A DNA stretch of 61,088 nucleotides, the filler included. It is 4 parts of 4 records of this genome, joined end to end, with 100 filler letters (N's around TTAATTAATTAA, not from the genome) between each part and the next. Parts side by side here need not be neighbours in the genome. Positions count along the whole stretch, not along the records: positions 45,641 to 56,465 come from SRR20825010_6618; positions 56,566 to 61,088 come from SRR20825010_6630; 2 more parts are not named here. One strand, given 5' to 3'. A model generated the notes under the pieces. It had not been told where the DNA came from. It saw only the letters and a program-made list of their open reading frames with translations, and ran no database searches. Position numbers and translations under genes: made by a program. Within the stretch, counting starts at the first letter, position 1. Every line of letters starts with the position of its first letter. This document shows positions 51,122-60,661 of the stretch, piece by piece.

Positions 51122-52477
51122 TTAATACCTATCGTCAAAGCCAAAAAGTGGTTTACGATTCATCCATTTACCTCTGGTGAAATCAGGAAACTGCACCGGC
51201 TCACTACCGTTGGCGATGGATTGCTCCGTCATACAAGTAACTGCCGACCAGGAAACACAATCATATACATCCATGGGCATAGGCTCTTTTCGCTTCAAAG
51301 CCTCAATAAACGCATGAATCACAAAAAAGTCCATCCCACCATGTCCGGCACCTTCTGTATCTGATTCATACTTCTTCCAAAGTGGATGGTCGTATTTTTT
51401 CATGTATTCAGCATCGCTTTCCCACTCATGGGCCGGACTTTTGCCTTCGATGTAAATTCCGTCGTTGAGATCCATCCAGAGCCCGTCCGTGCCCTGCACA
51501 CGAAATCCTAAAGAATAAGGTCTTGGCAGATTTGTGTCATGTGTAAGTACAATGGTTTCTCCACGTGCACATTTAATAACGGTTGTCACTATATCGCCAA
51601 GCTTGAATTCCACATTCGCATTGGGGTGGTTTTTACCTCCTTGTGGATGCTCCAGTATGTATTCATGTAAGCCTTTGGCTTTTGAGGCTGTAGAAGTGAG
51701 ATAAACAAATCGATTACCTCTATTATTATCAATGTAGTTAGCTACAGGACCCAACCCGTGTGTTGGGTAAATATCACCGTTTCGACTTACAGAATGATTC
51801 GTTCGCCATTTTGCTTCGCTATATGCTTTCTCCCCAAATTCCACTCCTCCTCCATACAATTGCTTTCCATCATTGAATTTCACATGGCGCAGATCATGCT
51901 GATATCCACCTTGCAGGTGAATAATCTCACCGAACAGGTTCTGCCTAACCATATTCAACACGGCCATAATATCCCTTCGATACGCCACATTCTCCAGTAT
52001 CATAAAAGGAGTCTTGGTTCGCTCATAGGCATCCACAAGTGCCCAGCATTCCTGAATATCAAATGCCCCTGCCACTTCAAGACCCACAGCTTTTTTGGCC
52101 TCCATAGAATCGATAGCCATCGGAGTATGCCAAACCCACGGGGTAGATATTATCACAGCATCCACATCTTCGCGCTTCAGCAGATTCTTATAATCGTTTT
52201 CACCAGCACCAAACATTGCAGGTTTTTTCATTCCTGCTCCCTCCACCAACTTTGCCGCACCGGTCAATCGATCCTGATCAATGTCACAAACGGCAGTCAC
52301 GACAATATCCTTTCGCCTCAACATAAGCGCTAACTGACCAGTACCTCTGGCACCAACGCCGATAAACCCAACCCGGATCTTCTCTTCGCCTTTGCCCAAA
52401 CCAAACGCAAACGAAGGAACAGCCATGGTCAGGGCTGCTCCCGCAGCTGTTTTTAATACAAAATCTCTTCTATCCAT
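51122..52477 (-). CDS. GH109 NAD+-dependent glycosidase (alpha-N-acetylgalactosaminidase-like), Tat-exported
   Basis: MDRRDF Tat motif, GFIGVGARG, TPWVWH, EV, LEN, GGYQHDLR, YPTHGLGP, HDTNLPRPY, GHGGMDF. Confidence 0.88.
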   Translation of the reverse strand: MDRRDFVLKTAAGAALTMAVPSFAFGLGKGEEKIRVGFIGVGARGTGQLALMLRRKDIVVTAVCDIDQDRLTGAAKLVEGAGMKKPAMFGAGENDYKNLLKREDVDAVIISTPWVWHTPMAIDSMEAKKAVGLEVAGAFDIQECWALVDAYERTKTPFMILENVAYRRDIMAVLNMVRQNLFGEIIHLQGGYQHDLRHVKFNDGKQLYGGGVEFGEKAYSEAKWRTNHSVSRNGDIYPTHGLGPVANYIDNNRGNRFVYLTSTASKAKGLHEYILEHPQGGKNHPNANVEFKLGDIVTTVIKCARGETIVLTHDTNLPRPYSLGFRVQGTDGLWMDLNDGIYIEGKSPAHEWESDAEYMKKYDHPLWKKYESDTEGAGHGGMDFFVIHAFIEALKRKEPMPMDVYDCVSWSAVTCMTEQSIANGSEPVQFPDFTRGKWMNRKPLFGFDDRY

Positions 52478-52643
52478 GAATAATCAAATCAAAAAAGTGA
52501 ACAACAATAGTTTTCAAATTAAATGAATTTTATATTTAAAAATAAGGTAATGAAAATAAATAAATTCAAATAAAAATTATACGAAGGTAAATTATTATAT
52601 TCGAATAGTTTTTACTTTCGAACATTGCCACGTTTTGCAACCT

Positions 52644-55600
52644 ATGAAGCTATTCAAAAGAGTCTTCCTTATGATTTATCTGATTCTATCCTTTCAACCC
52701 AATGGATATGGTCAGGAGTTGTTCGAGGAAATCTCATTGAGCAATCTCGAATTTACTTCCAATCAATCCGCTCACGGTGTATCAGTGGCCGATTACGACA
52801 ATGACGGAGATGATGACTTCCTTATTTTGAATGATAAAGAAACGGAAAACATCAAGCTCTTCAGAAACGATGGCAACTTTTCTTTCACCGAGGTATCCTT
52901 ATCGTCAGGGCTTAATGTAAGGCTCAAATCCCGACTTGCCGTGTGGTTCGATGCGGACAATGACGGGTGGCTGGACATCTACATTGGCAGCACCAACACC
53001 AACCAATTTTTCAGAAACAATGGAAATGGCACATTCACCGAAACTTCAGAATCGTCTGGCTTAAAAACAGTCTCATTTGCCATGAGCTTTATGGTAGGTG
53101 ATCTAAACAATGACCAACTGCTGGACATCTATGTCGCTAATCTGTTTGAAGAAAATCAGCTTTTCCTAAATCATGGAGATGGCAAATTCTACAATCACAT
53201 CAAGGGTTCTGGTGCTGAGATTGGCAGACTCAATAGCATGGGAGGTGTATTGTTTGACTATGATCAAGATGGCGATCTTGACATTTACTGTGTTTACGAT
53301 CAATTTGAGCCCAATAAGCTTTTCATCAATGATGGAAATGCTAAGTTCATAAACATGGCTCCAAGCCTAAACGCGGACTTTGCGGGATACGGCATGGGCG
53401 TAGACTTTGCTGATTTCAACCACGATTCCAAATACGATCTTTACCTCTCCTATTATTACAACAATGCTCTTTTGGTGCAGCAGGAAAATGGGCAATTCGA
53501 AGAAACCTCCAACGCCTCCGGAGCACAGGATCCATCAATGTCGTGGGGTATTTTCTGCGCCGATATGAACAACGACAGTCATTCAGACCTGTTTTTCACC
53601 AACAGCCTAAACACTACCGGATCCAATAGACTGTTTTACAATAATGGCTCAGGAACGTTTACAGACGTCTCCAAAAACACCAATTTATCGGTACCCACCA
53701 ACAGTTTTGGCTGTGCCTATACCGATCTTAACAACGATGGCTTTCTGGATCTGATTGTAGCCAATTCAGGAAAAGGGGCCATTCAGGTTTTTAAAAACAA
53801 CCAAAGCGAAGGAAACTGGATGAAACTAAATTTGGTCGGTACGTCATCCAATAAATTCGGCGTGGGTGCTCGTGTAGAATTGATTGCGGATGGGGTGACC
53901 TTGCTGGATGAAGTCACTGTGGGATCGGGTTATTCCTCCCAAAACAGCTACACACTCCACTTTGGGATTGGTAGTGCCGATAGGATTGAATCACTCAACA
54001 TTTATTGGCCAGACGGCAGCACGGATAACTATTCCAATTTGAATAGCAACACCAGACTATTGGCTATTCAGAATGAATCGTTGAATGTATTCAATGCCTC
54101 CTCCTACGAGGAAGCGCTATCAAGACAAAACACAATTCCAAATCCCAACATTACACCTCCAGAATCTCTTATTTCCGGTTCTGGTTATTCGGTGGCCCGA
54201 ATATGGAATGAAGCACTTTTAGATGCCATTCGGAGTGATTTGGCACGCCCGACTATCCATGCCCGAAATCTTTTTCATGCTTCGGTTGCCATGTACGACT
54301 CCTGGGCAGTCTATGAGCCGAAAGCCTCTACCTATTTCCTGGGTCAATCTATCAATAAATTTTATTGCCCATTTGATGGAGTCGATATCCCAACAAATCC
54401 GATCACAGCTCAGGAAGAAACCATGAGTTATGCTGTCTTTCGATTATTGAATCACAGGTTTGCTCATTCCCCAAATGCGGCAAGCACCCTGGATGCGTTT
54501 TCCAAACTCTTTCAGGTGCTAGGCTATGATAAGTCCATCACCTCTACAGATTATACCAACAATTCTCCCGCAGCACTAGGAAATTATTTAGCCGAGCAGC
54601 TTATCGCCTTTGGACTCCAGGACGGTTCAAATGAGCAAAATGAATATGCCTATCAGGTGTACGAACCAAAAAATGAAGCTTTTTTTCCACTCAATTCAGG
54701 AGACTCCTCAATTTCTGATCCGAATCATTGGCAACCATTAGCTTTTAAAAGCTTTATCGATCAAAGTGGTAACGATATCGGTGAAGGAGTACCAAAGTTC
54801 CTCAGCCCAGAATGGGGCAAAGTCGTTCCGTTTGCAATGACTGAGCAGGAATTAACAATCAGAAAAAAGGGCAGTGACGAGTATTGGCTCTATCACGACC
54901 CAGGCTCTCCTCCGCTTATCGACACCACCAATGCCTCCATCTCGGCTGAGTACAAATGGAATTTTTCTCTTGTAGCGATTTGGTCATCGCATTTAGATCC
55001 AGAAGACGATTATCTCATAGATATATCTCCAAAATCGCAGGGAAATATTTCAGATTTCCCGAGCTCTATCACAGGACTCAGGGATTTCTATAAGGACAAA
55101 CAGGGTGGTGATATCGGAAAAGGATATTCAAAGAACCCCTTTACCGGACTCCCCTACGAACAGCAATTAGTAAAACGCTCGGACTATGCCCGGGTTTTAG
55201 CAGAATTTTGGGCCGACGGGCCCGACTCGGAAACACCTCCCGGACATTGGTTCACACTATTGAACTATGTGACCGATCATCCACAGTTTGAAAAACGATT
55301 TACGGGATCAGGATCCAAACTATCCGATCTGGAATGGGATGTGAAGGCGTATTTCGTCATGGGTGGAGCGATGCACGATGCGGCCATTTCTGCTTGGAGT
55401 GTAAAGGGCTATTATGACTACATTCGACCGGTTTCAGCTATTCGATACATGGTTCAAAAAGGCCAGTGTACCTCGGCTAGCTCACCAAATTATCATCCCG
55501 CTGGCATTCCCCTCCAAGATGGGTTTATCGAGTTAATTAAAGCAGGTGATCCTTTGGCAGGTGATAATGGTGAGCAGGTTAATGAAATAAAAATCAAGGC

Positions 55601-56297
55601 ATGGAAAGGCCCTCATTTTATTGAAAACCCAGCCATTGATGTTGCAGGAGTTGATTGGATTCTTGGCGCAGATTGGTCGCCTTACCAACGCGCTTCCTTC
55701 GTTACACCGCCTTTTGCAGGTTACGTTTCCGGGCATTCCACTTTTTCACGAGCAGCAGCTGAGGTAATGACCTTACTGACCGGAGACGAATACTTCCCGG
55801 GCGGAATGAGTGAATTCAAGGCCAACAAAAATGACTTTCTTGTTTTTGAAGAGGGGCCGACAGAAGATATTGTGCTGCAATGGGCCAAGTATAAAGACGC
55901 TTCAGATCAATGCAGCCTGTCCCGAATTTGGGGAGGCATACATCCTCCTGCTGACGACATTCCCGGCAGACTCATGGGCATGCAAATAGGCCAAGATGCT
56001 TTTGAGTTTGCACGACCTTATTTTGAAGGCACAATCACTGCCACTCAAACCATAAAAACCGAAACCTGGAGCTTCTACCCTAACCCTGTGACCCGTAATC
56101 GAATCCACATTACAAACCCCAATAAGATCACCTCCTCTCAAATTTCTGTTTTTGACCTTGCCGGAAAAGAAATAGTTAGTTTTGATATGATTGACAGATC
56201 AAAAAACAAAACAATAGAATTAAACTTACCGAACATTCAAGCCGGGATTTACCTGATCAAATCAGGAAATACAACACAAAAAATGGTCATTCAATAA
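52644..56297 (+). CDS. T9SS-secreted FG-GAP/ASPIC-UnbV + vanadium-dependent haloperoxidase/PAP2 fusion
   Basis: Seven D-x-D/N-x-D-G..D repeats; GARV..GSGYSSQN...LHFG..WPDG; KGYYDYIRP, PPFAGYVSGHS, SRIWGGIH; FYPNP C-terminal domain. Confidence 0.87.
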   Translation: MKLFKRVFLMIYLILSFQPNGYGQELFEEISLSNLEFTSNQSAHGVSVADYDNDGDDDFLILNDKETENIKLFRNDGNFSFTEVSLSSGLNVRLKSRLAVWFDADNDGWLDIYIGSTNTNQFFRNNGNGTFTETSESSGLKTVSFAMSFMVGDLNNDQLLDIYVANLFEENQLFLNHGDGKFYNHIKGSGAEIGRLNSMGGVLFDYDQDGDLDIYCVYDQFEPNKLFINDGNAKFINMAPSLNADFAGYGMGVDFADFNHDSKYDLYLSYYYNNALLVQQENGQFEETSNASGAQDPSMSWGIFCADMNNDSHSDLFFTNSLNTTGSNRLFYNNGSGTFTDVSKNTNLSVPTNSFGCAYTDLNNDGFLDLIVANSGKGAIQVFKNNQSEGNWMKLNLVGTSSNKFGVGARVELIADGVTLLDEVTVGSGYSSQNSYTLHFGIGSADRIESLNIYWPDGSTDNYSNLNSNTRLLAIQNESLNVFNASSYEEALSRQNTIPNPNITPPESLISGSGYSVARIWNEALLDAIRSDLARPTIHARNLFHASVAMYDSWAVYEPKASTYFLGQSINKFYCPFDGVDIPTNPITAQEETMSYAVFRLLNHRFAHSPNAASTLDAFSKLFQVLGYDKSITSTDYTNNSPAALGNYLAEQLIAFGLQDGSNEQNEYAYQVYEPKNEAFFPLNSGDSSISDPNHWQPLAFKSFIDQSGNDIGEGVPKFLSPEWGKVVPFAMTEQELTIRKKGSDEYWLYHDPGSPPLIDTTNASISAEYKWNFSLVAIWSSHLDPEDDYLIDISPKSQGNISDFPSSITGLRDFYKDKQGGDIGKGYSKNPFTGLPYEQQLVKRSDYARVLAEFWADGPDSETPPGHWFTLLNYVTDHPQFEKRFTGSGSKLSDLEWDVKAYFVMGGAMHDAAISAWSVKGYYDYIRPVSAIRYMVQKGQCTSASSPNYHPAGIPLQDGFIELIKAGDPLAGDNGEQVNEIKIKAWKGPHFIENPAIDVAGVDWILGADWSPYQRASFVTPPFAGYVSGHSTFSRAAAEVMTLLTGDEYFPGGMSEFKANKNDFLVFEEGPTEDIVLQWAKYKDASDQCSLSRIWGGIHPPADDIPGRLMGMQIGQDAFEFARPYFEGTITATQTIKTETWSFYPNPVTRNRIHITNPNKITSSQISVFDLAGKEIVSFDMIDRSKNKTIELNLPNIQAGIYLIKSGNTTQKMVIQ

Positions 56298-56398
56298 TTT
56301 CAATTAACAATGTTATGAAAGTATTTTATTCATTAAATGAAATTATTTGAAACTTTAAAATATATTTAAGCTCATTTTATCTTTCGAAATAATAAAGC

Positions 56399-56465
56399 AT
56401 GTTACTAAACACATTAGACTGGTCGTTCATCATCGCCTTTTTCGTTATATCGCTCGGTATAGGCA
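56399..56465 (+). CDS. Probable sodium:solute symporter, N-terminal fragment
   Basis: MLLNTLDWSFIIAFFVISLGIG resembles SSS-family N-termini; only 22 codons are visible before the linker. Confidence 0.5.
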
Positions 56466-56565
56466 NNNNNNNNNNNNNNNNNNNNNNNNNNNNNNNNNNN
56501 NNNNNNNNNTTAATTAATTAANNNNNNNNNNNNNNNNNNNNNNNNNNNNNNNNNNNNNNNNNNNN
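56466..56565. other. Artificial contig linker
   Basis: 44 N + TTAATTAATTAA + 44 N. Confidence 0.98.
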
Positions 56566-56567
56566 GC

Positions 56568-56951
56568 TACGATACCGCACTCCGTTACGCCAAGGAGCGC
56601 GAACAGTTTGGAAAACCTATTGCCGCATACCAACTTCAGCAAAAGAAATTGGCCGAAATGATCACAGAGATTACCAAGGCCCAGTTGTTGGCTTTTCGTT
56701 TGGGACAGTTAAAGAACGAGGGCAAGGCAACTACGGCCCAGATTTCCATGGCCAAACGGAACAATGTGGAGATGGCGATAAAAATCGCTCGCGAAGCAAG
56801 ACAAGTTTTGGGCGGAATGGGCATCACTGGGGAGTACAGCATTATGCGCCACATGATGAACCTGGAAAGTGTAATCACTTATGAAGGTACCCACGATATC
56901 CACTTGTTGATTACGGGAGCCGATATTACGGGTATTCAGGCCTTCAAATAA
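56568..56951 (+). CDS. Acyl-CoA dehydrogenase (glutaryl-CoA dehydrogenase-like), 5'-truncated
   Basis: YAKEREQFGKPIAAYQLQQKKLAEM, LGGMGI, LESVITYEGTHDIH. Confidence 0.88.
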   Translation, partial: YDTALRYAKEREQFGKPIAAYQLQQKKLAEMITEITKAQLLAFRLGQLKNEGKATTAQISMAKRNNVEMAIKIAREARQVLGGMGITGEYSIMRHMMNLESVITYEGTHDIHLLITGADITGIQAFK

Positions 56952-56955
56952 TACA

Positions 56956-59256
56956 TTACGAAGCTTTTTCTACGGTAACTTTAATGGATTTGCTAATGGG
57001 CGTTTGGCTCTTGTCCGCAAATTGATTGTGGGGCACCAACATGTTTGTCTCAGGAAAATAAGCGGCCATATTGCCCTTCGGAATTTCATAGGGAACCACG
57101 ATAAACTTTTCTGCCGTTCTTCGGATGTCATCATAATTGCTATGCAAATGGACCACATCCAGTTGGGTTAGTCCCTTTTCAGCCATATCCTCTGCATTCA
57201 TAAAAACAACACGTCGCTCGTTGTGAATGCCGCGGTAACGGTCGTTCAATCCATAAATGGTGGTATTGAACTGGTCATGCGAGCGAATGGTCATCAGCAA
57301 TAACTCATCAGCTTGCAATTGATGGTCGGGCAATGGGGTGATGGACAATTGTGCCATTCCATTGGGTAGCATCCTAAAATCACGCGTACGGACATTGTTG
57401 GGCAGATAATAGCCAAATCCTTTGGACGCTTCGCTGGTATTCTCGAACCCCTTCACGGTTTTGTCTATCAATTCCCGAATCAAATTGTAATCTTGTCCAA
57501 GTTCGTACCAGTTCATGGAATGGTTTCCCCTAAAATAAGTGTGGGCCAATAAAGAAATAATCTCTGGCTCACTTTTGATGTGCTCGGAAGCAGGTTTTAG
57601 GAGTCCTTTGCTCTGCCTTACCTTTCCCGTACTGCTTTCCATGGTCAAAAATTGAAGCTCCCCATTCTTTTCATCTTTTTCAGAACGCCCAAAAGTGGGC
57701 AATAACAATGCAGTTTTGCCCGTCACTAAATGACTTCGGTTCAGTTTGGTGCTGATTTGTACGGTAAGGTCACAATTTTGAACCGCTTCGGCTGTATATT
57801 GGGTGTCCGAGGCTGCCATTACAAAATTTCCTCCCAAGCAGACAAAGACCTTGGCCTTTTTCTCGTACATGGCCTTGATGGCCTCCACCGTATCGTATCC
57901 TTTTTCGGTAGGTGGGTCAAAATTGAGGTGCTTCTGTATATTTTCGTTCAAGGTTTTGTTCACATAGTGCATAATGCCCACCGAGCGATCTCCCTGTACA
58001 TTACTGTGGCCCCGCACGGGACAAGTTCCTGCAAACGGTTTTCCAACGGCTCCCTTCAGCAACAAAATATTTACATATTCCTTAATACAGTCCACCGCAT
58101 TTTTATGTTGGGTAATGCCCATGGCCCAGCAAATCACGATTTTTGAATTTTCGGCCAACACCTGTACAACCTGATCAATTTTTCGCATGTACACCCCGCA
58201 TCTTTTTTGAAGGCTTTCCGTATCGTAGCTTTCCAAATCCTTCAACAAATCATCATAACCGTCCACGTATTCCACAATAAACTCATGGTCGAGCACATTG
58301 GAATTTTTGGCATCAAGTGCCACTAATTTTTTCAAGATCAATTTGGCCAAGGCTACATCTTCGTTGATTTTTACAGGCAGATGAACATCGGCCATGGCCT
58401 GTCCGTTCCCCAACATGTCCGAAACGCTTTGGGGATTTTTAAAGTTGACCATTCCCGTCTCGGCAAGGGGATTTATACTGATGATTTTACCGCCATTTTG
58501 TTTACATTTTTCCAGTGCCGACAACATCCTCGGATGATTCGTGCCTGGGTTTTGCCCTACCACCAAGATGACTTCTGCACCATATAAATCGTCCAATTTT
58601 ACGGACCCCTTCCCAATTCCCATAGTCTCCGAAAGTGCCACGCCCGATGATTCATGGCACATATTGGAGCAATCCGGCATATTGTTGGTGCCAAAAGCGC
58701 GTGCAAACATGCCATAGAGATAGGCGGCTTCGTTGCTAGATCGGCCCGAAGTATAAAAAATGGCCTCGTTAGGGTCTTGTAATTGGTGCAGTTCATCCGA
58801 AATCAATTCAAACGCATCTTGCCAAGTGATGGGCTCATAGTGAATACTGTTTGGCTTTAGAACCATCGGTTCTACAATGCGTCCTAGTTTATTTAGTTCA
58901 AAATCACTCAATCTGGAAAGTTCCTCCACCGAGTGTTCTGAAAAAAAATCTGCTCCAATATGATTTCTAGTTGCTTCATCGGCCAAGGCTTTTGCCCCAT
59001 TCTCACAATACTCTGCAATTTTGGAGGGATGCTCGGGAACGGGCCAAGCGCAACTGGGACAACGAAAACCGTCCTCTTGGTTCATTTCCAGCAAGCTACG
59101 CATGGAGTTGACAATTCCCATTTCCTTCAAGCTATGTCGTAGCGCTTCTTTAATACCTAAAAAACCTGCTGCGGTTTGCATGGGTTCTTTTAGGCGAAGG
59201 CCAGTAAATTTGATGTCTCCAGTTAGGGAAATGTTTCGTTTTATCTCTTTTTGCAT
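56956..59256 (-). CDS. FdhF/YdeP-family molybdopterin oxidoreductase
   Basis: GFRCPSCAWP, EYCENGAKA, FYTSGRSSNEAA, NNMPDCSNMCHE, RGHSNVQG, RSHDQFNTTIYG. Confidence 0.92.
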   Translation of the reverse strand: MQKEIKRNISLTGDIKFTGLRLKEPMQTAAGFLGIKEALRHSLKEMGIVNSMRSLLEMNQEDGFRCPSCAWPVPEHPSKIAEYCENGAKALADEATRNHIGADFFSEHSVEELSRLSDFELNKLGRIVEPMVLKPNSIHYEPITWQDAFELISDELHQLQDPNEAIFYTSGRSSNEAAYLYGMFARAFGTNNMPDCSNMCHESSGVALSETMGIGKGSVKLDDLYGAEVILVVGQNPGTNHPRMLSALEKCKQNGGKIISINPLAETGMVNFKNPQSVSDMLGNGQAMADVHLPVKINEDVALAKLILKKLVALDAKNSNVLDHEFIVEYVDGYDDLLKDLESYDTESLQKRCGVYMRKIDQVVQVLAENSKIVICWAMGITQHKNAVDCIKEYVNILLLKGAVGKPFAGTCPVRGHSNVQGDRSVGIMHYVNKTLNENIQKHLNFDPPTEKGYDTVEAIKAMYEKKAKVFVCLGGNFVMAASDTQYTAEAVQNCDLTVQISTKLNRSHLVTGKTALLLPTFGRSEKDEKNGELQFLTMESSTGKVRQSKGLLKPASEHIKSEPEIISLLAHTYFRGNHSMNWYELGQDYNLIRELIDKTVKGFENTSEASKGFGYYLPNNVRTRDFRMLPNGMAQLSITPLPDHQLQADELLLMTIRSHDQFNTTIYGLNDRYRGIHNERRVVFMNAEDMAEKGLTQLDVVHLHSNYDDIRRTAEKFIVVPYEIPKGNMAAYFPETNMLVPHNQFADKSQTPISKSIKVTVEKAS

Positions 59257-59329
59257 AGTCTAATTTAGCATTTTGGGCTGGCATAATTCTTTTCCCCAAG
59301 ACTTTGAGTCATTTTATACTGAACGCAAT

Positions 59330-59337
59330 TACCTTTG
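59330..59337 (+). promoter_or_regulatory. Bacteroidota -7 promoter element upstream of umuC
   Basis: TACCTTTG 64 nt before ATG 59402. Confidence 0.5.
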
Positions 59338-59401
59338 ACTCGAAATGGAATTACAATGAATTTCCTATGTAATTTAGCAAAAATCGAGTATTTTAAAAAG
59401 C

Positions 59402-60661
59402 ATGTTCGCCCTTGTAGATTGCAATAACTTTTATGCCTCATGTGAACGGGCGTTTCAGCCCCAGTTCAATAATGTTCCTGTGGGTATCCTATCCAACAAC
59501 GATGGCTGTTTTATCTCGCGAAGTGATGAAGCAAAGGAACTCGGATTGCCCATGGGCGCCCCAGAGTTTAAGTACAGACAATTTTGTAAGGAAAATGGCA
59601 TCAAAGTGTTTTCATCCAATTACCCTTTGTATGGCGATATGAGTACGAGGGTCATGAATATTCTGGGAACATTCACCCCCAATATGGAAGTGTACAGTGT
59701 AGATGAAGCTTTTTTAAAGTTTGATGGTTTCAAAAGTTATGATTTTAATATTTATGGACGGGAGATACAACGAACAGTTCAAAAATGTACAGGAATTCCC
59801 ATAAGCATTGGTATAGCGCCCACAAAGGGATTGGCTAAAGTAGCCAATAAGATTGCCAAAAAATTAAAGACGCGAACAGGGGGAGTGTACGTTATCGATT
59901 CTGATGAGAGAAGAATCAAGGCCTTAAAATGGACCAAGATTGAAAGCGTTTGGGGGATAGGGAGAGGAAACCAGAAACGGCTCCAGACCAAAAATATAAA
60001 AACAGCTTATGACTTTACCCAATTATCGGATGAATGGGTGCGTAAACAAATGGCTATAATAGGTCTTCGATTAAAAAAAGATCTGGAAGGTATTCCAACG
60101 TTGGATTTGGACGATGATACCCGTGACAAAAAAGCCATAGCTACCACACGGAGCTTTGAAAGCACTTATTCCGATATTGAGAACATCAAAGAGAGGGTGT
60201 CCACCTTTGCGACCAGTTGTGCCGAAAAATTGAGGAACCAAGGAAGCAGTTGTAACTATTTGGTGGTGCTTTTAAGAAGTGACAGGCATAAAAAGAACGA
60301 ACCACAAGATAAGAGCAGTCTTATTGTTACGTTGCCCTATGCTACGGATTCAAGCCTCACTATCAGTAACTATGCGGTTAAAGCAGCCGTAGCACTTTTC
60401 AAACCTGGAATCAAGTATAAAAGGGCGGGAGTCATTGTGTCTGGGCTGGTGCCTACCAATGAGAAGCAATTAGACTTGTTCCTGTCCGAAAATCCAAAAC
60501 ACCATAAACTCATGAAAGTTATGGATGGTATTAATGACAAGTATGGCATCCAAAAAATGAAAATTGCCAATCAAGATTTGGAAAGGACCTGGAAGATGCG
60601 CCAAAAACATCTTTCACCTAAATACACCACAAATATTAATGACATCATTAAAGTAAAATGA
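59402..60661 (+). CDS. umuC: Y-family DNA polymerase V catalytic subunit
   Basis: MFALVDCNNFYASCE, LSNNDGC, SSNYPLYGDMS, YSVDEAF, VWGIG, C-terminal WKMRQ..LSPKYTT. Confidence 0.93.
   Translation: MFALVDCNNFYASCERAFQPQFNNVPVGILSNNDGCFISRSDEAKELGLPMGAPEFKYRQFCKENGIKVFSSNYPLYGDMSTRVMNILGTFTPNMEVYSVDEAFLKFDGFKSYDFNIYGREIQRTVQKCTGIPISIGIAPTKGLAKVANKIAKKLKTRTGGVYVIDSDERRIKALKWTKIESVWGIGRGNQKRLQTKNIKTAYDFTQLSDEWVRKQMAIIGLRLKKDLEGIPTLDLDDDTRDKKAIATTRSFESTYSDIENIKERVSTFATSCAEKLRNQGSSCNYLVVLLRSDRHKKNEPQDKSSLIVTLPYATDSSLTISNYAVKAAVALFKPGIKYKRAGVIVSGLVPTNEKQLDLFLSENPKHHKLMKVMDGINDKYGIQKMKIANQDLERTWKMRQKHLSPKYTTNINDIIKVK

Noticed and set aside
16639..59256. Functional link between moaA and the FdhF/YdeP molybdoenzyme
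   Set aside because: They lie on different contigs from different phyla.
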